The translations under genes and the position numbers were made by a program. From positions 58-64,057 of the forward strand of contig CBDTYM010000003.1 of NCBI GenBank assembly GCA_965364605.1: DNA of 64,000 nucleotides, given 5' to 3'. Shown here piece by piece: positions 18,498-27,964 of the stretch. Source of the stretch: an uncultured Muriicola sp. Its GTDB lineage: Bacteria > Bacteroidota > Bacteroidia > Flavobacteriales > Flavobacteriaceae. The notes under the pieces are model-generated. The model made no database searches. It was not told where the DNA came from and worked only from the letters and a program-made list of their open reading frames with translations. Each line of letters opens with the position of its first letter. Position 1 is the stretch's first letter.

Positions 18498-21212
18498 TTA
18501 CAATGAATAAATGAAACGGAAGGTGATAAAACGAGGTTGAATAAAGGTTTCTGAAGAAAACGCCGAGACATTATTGGCGCTGTTTCTTACCTGTGAATCA
18601 ATATCCAAAAGGTTGGTGGCCCTTATTTCATATTCCCATTTGGCATCTCTGTCTTTTCTGTAAGAAAGGGTGGCATCCCAGTTTTGAAAGGACTGCGACC
18701 GTCCCTTACCGAGATCTTGATTCGTGTAGGTGTAGTTAGTACGAAAGGTGACCGATTTCCAGATGTATGCATCGAATTCAACCGAAGGAGCATTGGTGAC
18801 AAAGGTGGTCTTGCCACCTCCCTGGTTATTATTCGTGACACTGTAACGATATCTCAGGCTCACATTGGGTGCAATTTTATAATTGGTACGCAATTCCGGA
18901 GTGTAGGTCTGTGTAAAGCCTTCATTCAGCGATTGCTGCCCCTGGATGAATTGATTGATTTTGCTGTAATTGAAGCTGGCATTCAAAGAGGCCCTGATCT
19001 TACCAAAAGTACGCTGCACCCTTCCAAATACATTGACATTTTCGTCGGCAAAATTGGAATTAAAAAAGGTGCTGGTACGGATGACACTTTCAAAATTCGT
19101 CAGGCTCCGGATCTGGTCTATATTGCTCGTATAGGCCGCTCGCGCAAATACATTGGTGTAGTTGAACAGATTAAAACTGCTGTAGAACAGGCTCACATTG
19201 TGGGACAGGGCATTTTGAAGGTCGGGTTCGCCGAATTGCAGACTGTTGAAATTATTCAGCACCAGTCCTCTTGCCAATCGGGTTACATCGGTAAACTGGT
19301 TGCGCATATCGTATCTCAGGGTCAGCGCCTCACTTTTCTTGAACTGGATCCTGGTTTCAAAATCCGGGAGGAACCTAAAGAAGTTATCTTTAAAAAGTTC
19401 ACCGAACTGTGTGTTCTTATTGCCGTATGCGTGTACGGAAAACCCGGGAGTGATGGTGAATTTACCGGTCTTCAATCGGTAGTGGACGCCCAGATAGATA
19501 TCGCTGAAATTATATTCTGTATCATTGGCTGCAAGACCATCATTGAAGGTGGGAATGGGGTCTACCTGAGTCCCATCTTCCAAGAATTGAAAAATATCCG
19601 AATTGAATTCCTGCCGACTCAGGATGGTGCCTAAAGTGAAATTCAGATTGCTCTGTGCATTCAGGATATGATAGTAATCCAGCTTGGCATCGAGTTGATT
19701 GGATTTGATTCGGCGTTCCTGGTTGATATCGTATGCGTTCTGGGAGGTATCTAAACCCAAAGCCTCTGCTGTATTGTCGAAAGCGTCTGCACCATTGGGA
19801 TCGTTCGTCAAAACAGCATTGTAAAAAGGGTCTTCATCTCTGATCAGATGTTGGGCCTCCAGGGCGAAAATGTTGTTCTCATCCAGGGTGTAGTAATAGT
19901 TCAGGTTCTGATTGACACTAAAGGGATTTACCCGGTCTCCCTGTACCGTGCTTCCAACAACGGAGGACAACACGGTTTGATTTTGACGGTCATTGGAGAT
20001 TCGTCCCAAAACGTCGTAATCCAGCTGATTGTTGAGGTTTGGTTGAAAGGATGCGCTGAGCTTAAGCAGCCCCTGGTTGGAACGTTCCCTGCTAGATTGT
20101 TGAATAGCCTCGTCAGGAATACCCAGATCGGGATCTGTATATCGGATGAAACTCGTTTCCCTGGAAAGGATCCGACTGCTATTATAAATCAGAAATCCGC
20201 TGAGATCGAGTGATGCAGTGGGAGAATAACTGAAGTTGCCCGAAGCCAGCTTGTTCTCAATTTCCAGGGCATTATTCTGTGTAGTGAGGAAATTAAGTCC
20301 GTTATCCCCCAGATTGAGATCTGTGCCACTCGCGCGACTGGGAGATCGGAATCCACCTCCGAAATTACGGATATCTCTTCGTGTCAGAGCTACCTCTCCT
20401 GTATTGTTCAGATCGCCGATGAAATTCAGGCTGTATTTAGGACTGTAGTAAAATAATTTGGGTTGCAGCAGATAGAGTTCGTTGTCCGGTGCAGCTCCGC
20501 CCCCGGCTGTCACATTGCCGAACCAAAAATTCTCTTTACCCTCCTTGAGTTTGATGTTCATGGCCACGTTGTCCTGATTGTTGGCCACGCTTCTCAACTG
20601 TCCGACCTCCGCATAATTCCGCAGGACTTGTATTTTATCTACAGCCTTCGAAGGGATATTCTTGGTGGCCAGCTTCGTATCACCGTCAAAGAAATCCTTT
20701 CCATTCACCATGATCTTATTGACTACTTTCCCTTCTACTTCCACCTGCCCATCTTCATTGATCTCTACCCCGGGAAGTTTTTCCAGCACATCTTCCAATT
20801 TGCGTTCCGTTCCATTCTGAAAAGCATCCGCATCATATACCACCGTATCCCCAACGACCGATACTGGGATCTCTGAGACTACTTCCACAGCGTCCAGGGC
20901 GTTTTCCAAAGCCAGGGTAAAGTCCTGAGTGATATCTTGATCTGCCGTTTGAAATACCTCTTTCAGGGTTTTCATACCGACATAGCTGATCTGAATTTCG
21001 AAAGAACGGTTTTTACCGAGGTCTAATTTAAACCGCCCTTGCTCATTCGTTATTGCATAGGACGCGAGCTCATTAGTCTCTGTGTCCAGGGCGATCACAT
21101 TAGCGAGATACAACGGCTCATTGAGCGAGTCTCGAACCACACCTTCGAATTGAACCTGTGCCAGTGACACCTGAACAAGGAGTAAGAAGACAATACAAAT
21201 GTGGTGTTTCAT
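18498..21212 (-). CDS. Outer-membrane beta-barrel protein, TonB-dependent-receptor-like, with N-terminal carboxypeptidase-regulatory-like domain
   Basis: Signal peptide MKHHICIVFLLLVQVSLAQ. CarboxypepD_reg-like FEGVVRDSLNEPLYLANV...NEQGRFKL, a plug-like segment, a long beta-strand region, and a C-terminal aromatic FRFIYSL. Confidence 0.85.
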   Translation of the reverse strand: MKHHICIVFLLLVQVSLAQVQFEGVVRDSLNEPLYLANVIALDTETNELASYAITNEQGRFKLDLGKNRSFEIQISYVGMKTLKEVFQTADQDITQDFTLALENALDAVEVVSEIPVSVVGDTVVYDADAFQNGTERKLEDVLEKLPGVEINEDGQVEVEGKVVNKIMVNGKDFFDGDTKLATKNIPSKAVDKIQVLRNYAEVGQLRSVANNQDNVAMNIKLKEGKENFWFGNVTAGGGAAPDNELYLLQPKLFYYSPKYSLNFIGDLNNTGEVALTRRDIRNFGGGFRSPSRASGTDLNLGDNGLNFLTTQNNALEIENKLASGNFSYSPTASLDLSGFLIYNSSRILSRETSFIRYTDPDLGIPDEAIQQSSRERSNQGLLKLSASFQPNLNNQLDYDVLGRISNDRQNQTVLSSVVGSTVQGDRVNPFSVNQNLNYYYTLDENNIFALEAQHLIRDEDPFYNAVLTNDPNGADAFDNTAEALGLDTSQNAYDINQERRIKSNQLDAKLDYYHILNAQSNLNFTLGTILSRQEFNSDIFQFLEDGTQVDPIPTFNDGLAANDTEYNFSDIYLGVHYRLKTGKFTITPGFSVHAYGNKNTQFGELFKDNFFRFLPDFETRIQFKKSEALTLRYDMRNQFTDVTRLARGLVLNNFNSLQFGEPDLQNALSHNVSLFYSSFNLFNYTNVFARAAYTSNIDQIRSLTNFESVIRTSTFFNSNFADENVNVFGRVQRTFGKIRASLNASFNYSKINQFIQGQQSLNEGFTQTYTPELRTNYKIAPNVSLRYRYSVTNNNQGGGKTTFVTNAPSVEFDAYIWKSVTFRTNYTYTNQDLGKGRSQSFQNWDATLSYRKDRDAKWEYEIRATNLLDIDSQVRNSANNVSAFSSETFIQPRFITFRFIYSL

Positions 21213-21256
21213 GCAGGGGGAGTCAGTTGAATGTGAGGTATGGGCAGCGTCGGGAT

Positions 21257-22081
21257 TTACCTACTTCTTCTTCTACCGCGGTTATCTCTCATTTCCTTCA
21301 TTTTTTCTGTGATGGTCTCCTTGTAAGCGGTTTTTGTGATCTCTTTGCCTCTGTCGGGGGCTTCGATGATCATTTTATCCTTGGGATTCATCACTATTTT
21401 GGAACACAGCATGATGGTGTTTCCAGCACTGACCTCCATGATCAGACCGGGCAGGCCCCAATATTCTCCAGGCCCATGTCCTACGGGAATTTGCGGAGTA
21501 TACCACGCCTCCACTTCGGTCAGGTCTGTCTGTTCTTCCGGTAATTCGTCATCCGTGTTACGTTCCCTGTTTCTCAACTCACTCCATGAGAAATCGTACC
21601 AGGTGAGTTGGTCCGTAGGTACCTGGGCGGTTGCCTTGATACACAGGTATTCACCGATTTTTTTGGTCTCTTTTCCCATCTTCCAAGCTATTGCAGGAAG
21701 ATCGTCCTTAACGAGAAAAAGCTTGCCATAAAACTCCTGACTTTGAACAATCCGACCTTCAGAGATATTCTTGTATTGCTCCCCAGGTGAAAAATTCTGA
21801 CCCCATGAGTCCGTGGCGCCTGAGATGGCGTCGAGTTTATCACGTTCGTCAAAATGGGATTCGTTTCGATTGAAAGTGAGGATATAGGTTTTTTCCAGAC
21901 GATTCTTCAGACGCATCTGAATCTGTTTTTTTTGGGCTTCACTCATTCGGGCACCCCAGGAACCCAATTCGAGTTTTGACTTTGAAAAGTAGGTGGCCTG
22001 TCCCTGGAAATCCTGTCCGATAAGCGTAAAAGATTGAAGGCAGAGAAGCAGTAAGAAGGAAGAAAGGATAGATTGTTTCAT
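21257..22081 (-). CDS. GLPGLI-family protein
   Basis: Contains the literal family signature YWGLPGLIMEV. Signal peptide MKQSILSSFLLLLCLQSFTLIGQ. ATG at 22081 is preferred over the longer ORF. Confidence 0.85.
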   Translation of the reverse strand: MKQSILSSFLLLLCLQSFTLIGQDFQGQATYFSKSKLELGSWGARMSEAQKKQIQMRLKNRLEKTYILTFNRNESHFDERDKLDAISGATDSWGQNFSPGEQYKNISEGRIVQSQEFYGKLFLVKDDLPAIAWKMGKETKKIGEYLCIKATAQVPTDQLTWYDFSWSELRNRERNTDDELPEEQTDLTEVEAWYTPQIPVGHGPGEYWGLPGLIMEVSAGNTIMLCSKIVMNPKDKMIIEAPDRGKEITKTAYKETITEKMKEMRDNRGRRRSR

Positions 22082-22491
22082 CTCGATAATGGTTTCAGTG
22101 TTCAACGAAAATACCGAAACATTAAACAAAATGATAATGATTATCAAAACATTAACATGGAAGGGGCTGTCTCTGCCGGTTGTACACCAGCACATGAGTC
22201 AATCTTTTATCATATATAAATAAGATTCGAAGGGGTACAATAAGGGCTTTAATGATAAATAGCTCCGTTCCATTTTTCATGCCCTTGGGTAGTTTGTCGA
22301 TTGAAGGGATTCGATCAAGCTGAGATCTAATACCGTCATTCTGCTCAAAAAGCAGTGCCCGCTTATTATGGTGAGGATTTAAAAACGACTAAAACCCATA
22401 AAACAGGTAGTCTCCTAATAGTTATTTGGGAGAGGCAGGGATACTACACAACAATTGGTATCTTCGCTCCTGATTTATAAAGGATTTTTCG

Positions 22492-23490
22492 ATGACAAAA
22501 GTGGCCGTCTTCAGCACCAAGCCCTATGACCAGGAGTATTTCGAGAGATATGCGAGCAAAGATGAATTGCAATTCACCTATTTTGATTCCCCATTGAATC
22601 GTGATACAGCCAATCTGGCTTCTGGTTTCGAGGTGATTTGTGTTTTTGTGAATGACAAGGTAGACAAGGAGACCATAGACCAATTAGCTCAGCTCGGGGT
22701 GCGATTGATCGCTTTGCGTTGTGCGGGTTACAATAATGTAGATCTGGATGCGGCAAAGGAGAAAGAGATCAAACTGGTACGTGTGCCTGCCTATTCGCCG
22801 GAAGCCGTGGCAGAGCACGCCCTGGCCTTGATCCTCACCCTGAATCGCAAAACGCATAAGGCATATAACCGGGTACGGGAAGGCAATTTTTCCCTGAACA
22901 AACTGATGGGATTCAACCTCTATGGGAAGACTGTAGGGGTGATAGGTACCGGGAAGATCGGGGCTACCTTCTGCGAGATCATGAAGGGGATGGGATGCAG
23001 GGTTCTGGCGTATGATATTTATCCATCGGAAGATTTGAAAAAGCAGGGTGTCATTTATAAATCCCTCGATGATATTTTTCAGGAATCAGACATCATCTCC
23101 CTTCATTGCCCTCTTAACCCCGATACCAAACACATTATCAATAAGGCATCACTTTCAAAGATGAAACAGGGAATCATGATCATCAATACCAGTAGGGGAG
23201 CTTTGGTCAGTACTCCGGACATCCTGGATGGCCTCGCTGAAAAAAAAGTCGGATTCCTTGGCATCGATGTATACGAACAGGAGGAGAATATCTTCTTTAA
23301 GGACCTTTCCGAAATGATCATTGAAGACGATCTTATCCTGCGCCTGATCAGCTACCCCAATGTACTGATCACCTCCCACCAGGCGTATTTTACCCGGGAA
23401 GCCATGGAGGAAATCACTCATACCACCATCCAAAATATCAGGGAATTCCGGGAGGGTATGACCCTAACCAATGAACTGACCTTACCGTAA
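22492..23490 (+). CDS. ldhA: D-lactate dehydrogenase / D-isomer-specific 2-hydroxyacid dehydrogenase
   Basis: Collinear similarity to E. coli LdhA as I remember it: KVAVFSTKPYD, LRCAGYNNVDLDAAKE, GVIGTGKIG, NTSRGALV, HQAYFT. Confidence 0.88.
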   Translation: MTKVAVFSTKPYDQEYFERYASKDELQFTYFDSPLNRDTANLASGFEVICVFVNDKVDKETIDQLAQLGVRLIALRCAGYNNVDLDAAKEKEIKLVRVPAYSPEAVAEHALALILTLNRKTHKAYNRVREGNFSLNKLMGFNLYGKTVGVIGTGKIGATFCEIMKGMGCRVLAYDIYPSEDLKKQGVIYKSLDDIFQESDIISLHCPLNPDTKHIINKASLSKMKQGIMIINTSRGALVSTPDILDGLAEKKVGFLGIDVYEQEENIFFKDLSEMIIEDDLILRLISYPNVLITSHQAYFTREAMEEITHTTIQNIREFREGMTLTNELTLP

Positions 23491-23504
23491 AATCAGATGA
23501 TCAA

Positions 23505-24251
23505 ATGAGTCTGCCCGTCAAACACAAATCATATAAAAAGGGATTTTTATGTTTCCTTTTGACCTTGGGGGTATTCTCCATACAATCGTGCCGGTCTCAG
23601 GTCGAGAATAAGGAAGGGGTATACACCTTCAGAATAGGAGACCCCAATGGGATCGGGAAATGGTATATGGGGCGGGAAATCGCTTACGTGATGGGCTACC
23701 AGGGGATCAATTGGCTGGAAAGGGCCGAAAGGGAAAAAGAAGAACAAACCAGCCAGTTGCTCGAGAACATGGAAATCATTGCCACGGATGATATTGCCGA
23801 TATAGGGGCGGGATCCGGCTACCACGTATTCCGGATGGCACCGAGGGCAAGTAAGGGCACGGTCTATGCGGTGGATATACAGGAGGGTATGTTGTCTGCA
23901 CTACGGACGAGGAAGGAACGTGAAAATGCAGGCAATGTAACGGTGGTAAAAGGGGAGGAGCAGCGCATCAATCTTCCGGAGAATTCAGTAGACAAAGTCC
24001 TGATGGTTGACGTATACCACGAGTTCGCCTATCCCGTGGAAATGATGGACTCTGTCAAAAAGGCCCTCAGAAAGGACGGGAAGATCTACCTGATCGAATA
24101 TCGGGGGGAAGACCTGTCAGTACCCATTAAGAAGGTCCACAAAATGACCGAAGCCCAGGCCGTAAAAGAATTGGAAGCCAGTGGTTTCACCCTGGAAAAG
24201 AACATCGGCAACCTGCCCTGGCAGCATTGTATGGTGTTTGTCAAAAAGTAA
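23505..24251 (+). CDS. Class I SAM-dependent methyltransferase with N-terminal signal/lipoprotein-like sequence
   Basis: SAM motif I IADIGAGSGYHVF. The N-terminus FLCFLLTLGVFSIQSC resembles a lipoprotein signal. Confidence 0.75.
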   Translation: MSLPVKHKSYKKGFLCFLLTLGVFSIQSCRSQVENKEGVYTFRIGDPNGIGKWYMGREIAYVMGYQGINWLERAEREKEEQTSQLLENMEIIATDDIADIGAGSGYHVFRMAPRASKGTVYAVDIQEGMLSALRTRKERENAGNVTVVKGEEQRINLPENSVDKVLMVDVYHEFAYPVEMMDSVKKALRKDGKIYLIEYRGEDLSVPIKKVHKMTEAQAVKELEASGFTLEKNIGNLPWQHCMVFVKK

Positions 24252-24317
24252 GTATGCCAGTTCAACCGATATGTCTTTCCTGCCAATCCGACTTTCTGTT
24301 TACCAAATCTCCTGCCA

Positions 24318-24839
24318 GTGTTTGATCCCTCCGAAAACTTTTTAACGGAACCGAGAATAGTGAAGGATCCTGGGCGAATCCTGGTTGGGATGAGTCAGAT
24401 CATGACGGTAGCCGACTTTCCCGTTTCAGAACTTTGGAAGCGTTTTATGCCGAGAAAGGAGGAGCTCAAAGGGAGGAAATCAGGCGAATGGATCTCGGCA
24501 GCGGTCTACCCTGATGGCTATTTCACCTCTTTTGATCCCCAGAGATCATTCGAGAAATGGGCTGCAGCTGAGGTAGAGCCGTCCTTTGAAATACCCCCTG
24601 GGATGCAGACCTTGAAAGTCGCTGAAGGTCTCTATGCAGTATTTCACTATAAGGGTATGTCTTCAGATCGAAGTGTGTATCAATATATCTTCGGCACTTG
24701 GTTGCCAGGATCGGGGTATAGGGTGGATCACAGGCCGCACTTTGAGATTCTGGGGGATATGTATCGCAATGACAATCGGGAATCGGAAGAGGCAATCTGG
24801 ATTCCGGTCAGAAAGGCAGAGGCGTTAAGTATGATGTAG
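24318..24839 (+). CDS. GyrI-like (AraC effector-binding-like) small-molecule-binding protein
   Basis: Size and pattern (YAVFHYKG ... HFEILGDMY ... IWIPV) are typical of GyrI-like domains. GTG start. Confidence 0.65.
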   Translation: MFDPSENFLTEPRIVKDPGRILVGMSQIMTVADFPVSELWKRFMPRKEELKGRKSGEWISAAVYPDGYFTSFDPQRSFEKWAAAEVEPSFEIPPGMQTLKVAEGLYAVFHYKGMSSDRSVYQYIFGTWLPGSGYRVDHRPHFEILGDMYRNDNRESEEAIWIPVRKAEALSMM

Positions 24840-24921
24840 GTCGTTGAAAACGTGAACTTTACGGGTATTCGATCTTTTGATACCACCAATTAAATTCGTA
24901 ACTTTATTTAAAGTCTTGGTC

Positions 24922-25212
24922 ATGACGCTATCGCTAAAAAGAATCGCATTTATTTTTCTGGGAACACTCTTATTTCTTTGCATACCCCTGGTGGCCATGC
25001 AATTCACTTCTGAGGTGAACTGGAGTTCCTTTGATTTTCTGGTGGCAGGTCTTTTACTGGCCAGCACGGCCTTTATTTTCGATCTGGTCTGGAGGAATAT
25101 CAGGAATGACACCTTCCGAATCCTGCTTCTTGTGGCCCTGATCGTCCTCTTTATACTCATCTGGGCCGAATTGGCTGTCGGGGTCTTTGGCTCTCCATTG
25201 GCCGGAAGTTAA
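24922..25212 (+). CDS. Small membrane protein (3 predicted TM helices), hypothetical
   Basis: Hydrophobic segments IAFIFLGTLLFLCIPLV, FLVAGLLLASTAFIF and LLLVALIVLFILIW. The ORF is open from TTG 24877. Confidence 0.45.
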   Translation: MTLSLKRIAFIFLGTLLFLCIPLVAMQFTSEVNWSSFDFLVAGLLLASTAFIFDLVWRNIRNDTFRILLLVALIVLFILIWAELAVGVFGSPLAGS

Positions 25213-25354
25213 GCGTGAATTAGTATTCTAACTTACTTCAGTAATAAGCATTAGGATCAGGTGTAACTCCCATCTTTTATTGAGAACAGGCAGGTATTTA
25301 ATTTCTTGTCGCTACAGCATCAGGAATAAGAATTAAGCGCGTACTTTTGCTCCC

Positions 25355-26110
25355 ATGGAGTTTTGGTACCATTATGTTTTGCTGGTAGTCGTGGGTTTTG
25401 TGGTGGGTTTTATCAACACCATCGCAGGGGGTGCCTCCCTGATCTCCCTTCCCGTTCTGATCTTCCTGGGGTTACCTCCTTCCGTGGCCAATGGGACCAA
25501 CCGGGTTGCCATCGCGTTCCAGACAGCCATTGGTGTTGCCGGATTTAAAAGCAAGGGCGTATCCACTTTTCCCTTTAACGTCTACCTTGGAATCGCGGCC
25601 CTTTTGGGGTCCATTCTAGGCGCTTCTATTGCGGTCGATGTACGTGGAGAGACCTTTAACCGTATCCTGGCGATCATCATGATCGCCGTGGTCCTGATCA
25701 TTGTATTCAAGCCCAAGATCAGCCTGGAGAATATGCAGGAGCGGCTCACCGGCAAATACCTTTGGTTGGGGATGCTGGCCTTTTTCTTTATCGGGATCTA
25801 CGGGGGCTTTATCAATGCCGGCATCGGATTTGTGATCCTTTTATTTCTTCATTATTTTCATAAAATGAGCCTGGTCAGGGCTAATGCTACCAAGGTGGCC
25901 GTGGTCTGCATCTACACCCTCGCAGCCCTGGCTGTCTTTGTGTACAATGACAAGGTGATCTGGAAAGTCGGTGCGGTCCTGGCCATAGGCAATGGGCTTG
26001 GAGCCTGGTTTTCCAGTCGGGTGTCGGTAAAAAAAGGGGATGGGTTCATCAAGACGTTTTTGGTGATCATGGTGATCGCCATGGCGATAAAATTGTGGTT
26101 TTTCACCTAA
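25355..26110 (+). CDS. TauE/SafE-family anion exporter-like membrane protein
   Basis: About 8 TM helices, with GFINTIAGGASLISLPVLIFLGLPP and the repeated half GGFINAGIGF. Confidence 0.85.
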   Translation: MEFWYHYVLLVVVGFVVGFINTIAGGASLISLPVLIFLGLPPSVANGTNRVAIAFQTAIGVAGFKSKGVSTFPFNVYLGIAALLGSILGASIAVDVRGETFNRILAIIMIAVVLIIVFKPKISLENMQERLTGKYLWLGMLAFFFIGIYGGFINAGIGFVILLFLHYFHKMSLVRANATKVAVVCIYTLAALAVFVYNDKVIWKVGAVLAIGNGLGAWFSSRVSVKKGDGFIKTFLVIMVIAMAIKLWFFT

Positions 26111-26119
26111 GAATTCAAA

Positions 26120-26755
26120 ATGGGAGATAGTTTAGAGAGATTGGAATGGCGGTACGCCGTCAAGAAATTCGACCCGGAAGTGGTCCTTGAAGAAGAACAG
26201 ATAGACCGTTTGATAAGGGCTTTTAACCTTACAGCGACCTCTTACGGTCTCCAGCCGATCAGGCTGGTCGTCCTCAGGAATAAGGAGAAACAGGAGGCCC
26301 TGGTTAAATATTCGTATGGCCAGAAACAGGTGGCCCAGGCATCTCATGTACTGGTCATTTGCATAGAGAACAGAGTAGATCAGGAGTATATCACTCAGTA
26401 TTTTGAAAGGGTAAAAGCAGTGAGAGGCACCTCAGAGGAAATTCTATCCCCTTTTAAAAAGGCACTTGTTGACAATTTCTCACAGAAGGAGGCTGATGAG
26501 GTAAGGCAGTGGGCTACCAACCAGGCCTATCTGGCCATGGGCAACCTGCTCACGGTCTGCGCTTTGGAAAAGATAGACGCCTGCCCCATGGAGGGCTTTG
26601 ATCCGTCGGCCTATGATGAGGCCCTCGACCTGTCTGATCACAACCTCTCTTCCGTTTTGGTGCTGCCTGTCGGGAAAAGAGCTGAAGATGACTTTTTTTC
26701 CTCCCTTAAAAAGGTCAGGCGCGACCTGGAGGAATCCATTATCCATATAAATTGA
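26120..26755 (+). CDS. Nitroreductase-family NAD(P)H-dependent oxidoreductase
   Basis: RYAVKKFD, TATSYGLQPIRLVV, DACPMEGFD. It starts 10 nt after the TauE-like stop. Confidence 0.85.
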   Translation: MGDSLERLEWRYAVKKFDPEVVLEEEQIDRLIRAFNLTATSYGLQPIRLVVLRNKEKQEALVKYSYGQKQVAQASHVLVICIENRVDQEYITQYFERVKAVRGTSEEILSPFKKALVDNFSQKEADEVRQWATNQAYLAMGNLLTVCALEKIDACPMEGFDPSAYDEALDLSDHNLSSVLVLPVGKRAEDDFFSSLKKVRRDLEESIIHIN

Positions 26756-26761
26756 TCGCCA

Positions 26762-27964
26762 ATGCCAGGTTTTGAGATGTTTGGTGCCCTGGAAAGGGCC
26801 GAGGTACAAGAGGTATTGGACCACGGTGTGCTGATGCGCTACGGTTTTGACGGGATGAGGAACGGCAGCTGGAAGGCCCGGGAACTGGAAAAGGCCCTGG
26901 CGGCACGAATGCAGACCCGGCACGCTCAGGTGGTAAGCAGCGGCACGGCTGCGCTTACGGTGGCCCTGGCCAGTGCCGGAGTAGGGGCGGGGGACGAGGT
27001 GATCATCCCTACCTTTACCTTTGTAGCCAGTTTTGAGGCGGTCCTTGCGCTGGGAGCTGTGCCTGTCCTCGCGGATATTGACTCTACCCTTTGCCTGGAT
27101 CCCATATCGGTAGAACAAGCGATCACCGATAAGACAAGGGCCATTATGCCTGTACATATGTGCGGCTCCATGGCCGACCTCAAGCCTCTAAAGGCCATCT
27201 GCGATAAACTCGACCTCCTCCTTATCGAAGACGCCTGTCAGGCCATCGGAGGTAGTTACGAAGGCAAACCCCTCGGAAGTTATGGGGATATCGGCTGTTT
27301 TTCGTTCGACTATGTGAAGACCATTACCTGCGGAGAAGGAGGCGGACTGATCACAGATAACGAGGCATATTATAAAAATGCGGACCACTATTCAGATCAC
27401 GGTCATGACCACCAGGGCAATGACCGGGGTGCAGAATCCCATCCTTTCCTGGGTTATAATTTCCGGATCTCTGAAATGAATGCCGCCGTTGGGGTGGCCC
27501 AGATACGGAGGTTGGACGACTTCCTCAGGATACAGGAAAATAATTACCGCATCCTCGAGAATGCGTTGAGAGAACTCGAAGGCATCGAATTCCGGACAAT
27601 ACCTGAAACCGGGATGCAGAACTATTCCTTTCTGAATCTCTTCCTGCCTTCAGAAGATCTCGCCAGAAAGGCCCATAAAGAATTATCTACTGCTGGTATA
27701 GACGGTTGTTTTTACTGGTATGACAACAACTGGCACTACTATCGCAAGTGGGAACATCTCAGGGAACTCAAAAGCCTCGGAACCCTCGGCGGGGAAGTGA
27801 GAGAGAGGATGTCAGCTTTAAGGTCGGCTAAATTCTCTGCTTCAGACCACTGGATGGGTCGGAACGTATCCTTTCTGATCAAACTGGGATGGTCGGAAGT
27901 CGAACTGAAAAGACGCGCCGAGACTATGAAAAGGGTGCTTCAGAAGGTTCTGGCAGGGGTCTAA
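26762..27964 (+). CDS. DegT/DnrJ/EryC1/StrS-family PLP-dependent aminotransferase
   Basis: SSGTAALTVAL, GDEVIIPTFTFVAS, IEDACQAIG, and the PLP-Lys context FSFDYVKTITCGEGG. It starts 7 nt after the nitroreductase stop. Confidence 0.9.
   Translation: MPGFEMFGALERAEVQEVLDHGVLMRYGFDGMRNGSWKARELEKALAARMQTRHAQVVSSGTAALTVALASAGVGAGDEVIIPTFTFVASFEAVLALGAVPVLADIDSTLCLDPISVEQAITDKTRAIMPVHMCGSMADLKPLKAICDKLDLLLIEDACQAIGGSYEGKPLGSYGDIGCFSFDYVKTITCGEGGGLITDNEAYYKNADHYSDHGHDHQGNDRGAESHPFLGYNFRISEMNAAVGVAQIRRLDDFLRIQENNYRILENALRELEGIEFRTIPETGMQNYSFLNLFLPSEDLARKAHKELSTAGIDGCFYWYDNNWHYYRKWEHLRELKSLGTLGGEVRERMSALRSAKFSASDHWMGRNVSFLIKLGWSEVELKRRAETMKRVLQKVLAGV

Noticed and set aside
18684-19634. 316-aa ORF on the + strand
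   Set aside because: It lies entirely antisense within the 904-aa outer-membrane barrel gene, which has strong signal-peptide, domain and C-terminal evidence. Its translation is low-complexity with no motif. It is a typical shadow ORF.
26480-27157. 225-aa ORF on the - strand spanning the nitroreductase/DegT junction
   Set aside because: It is antisense to two well-supported genes. The translation is Arg/Gly/His-rich junk-like sequence with no motif.
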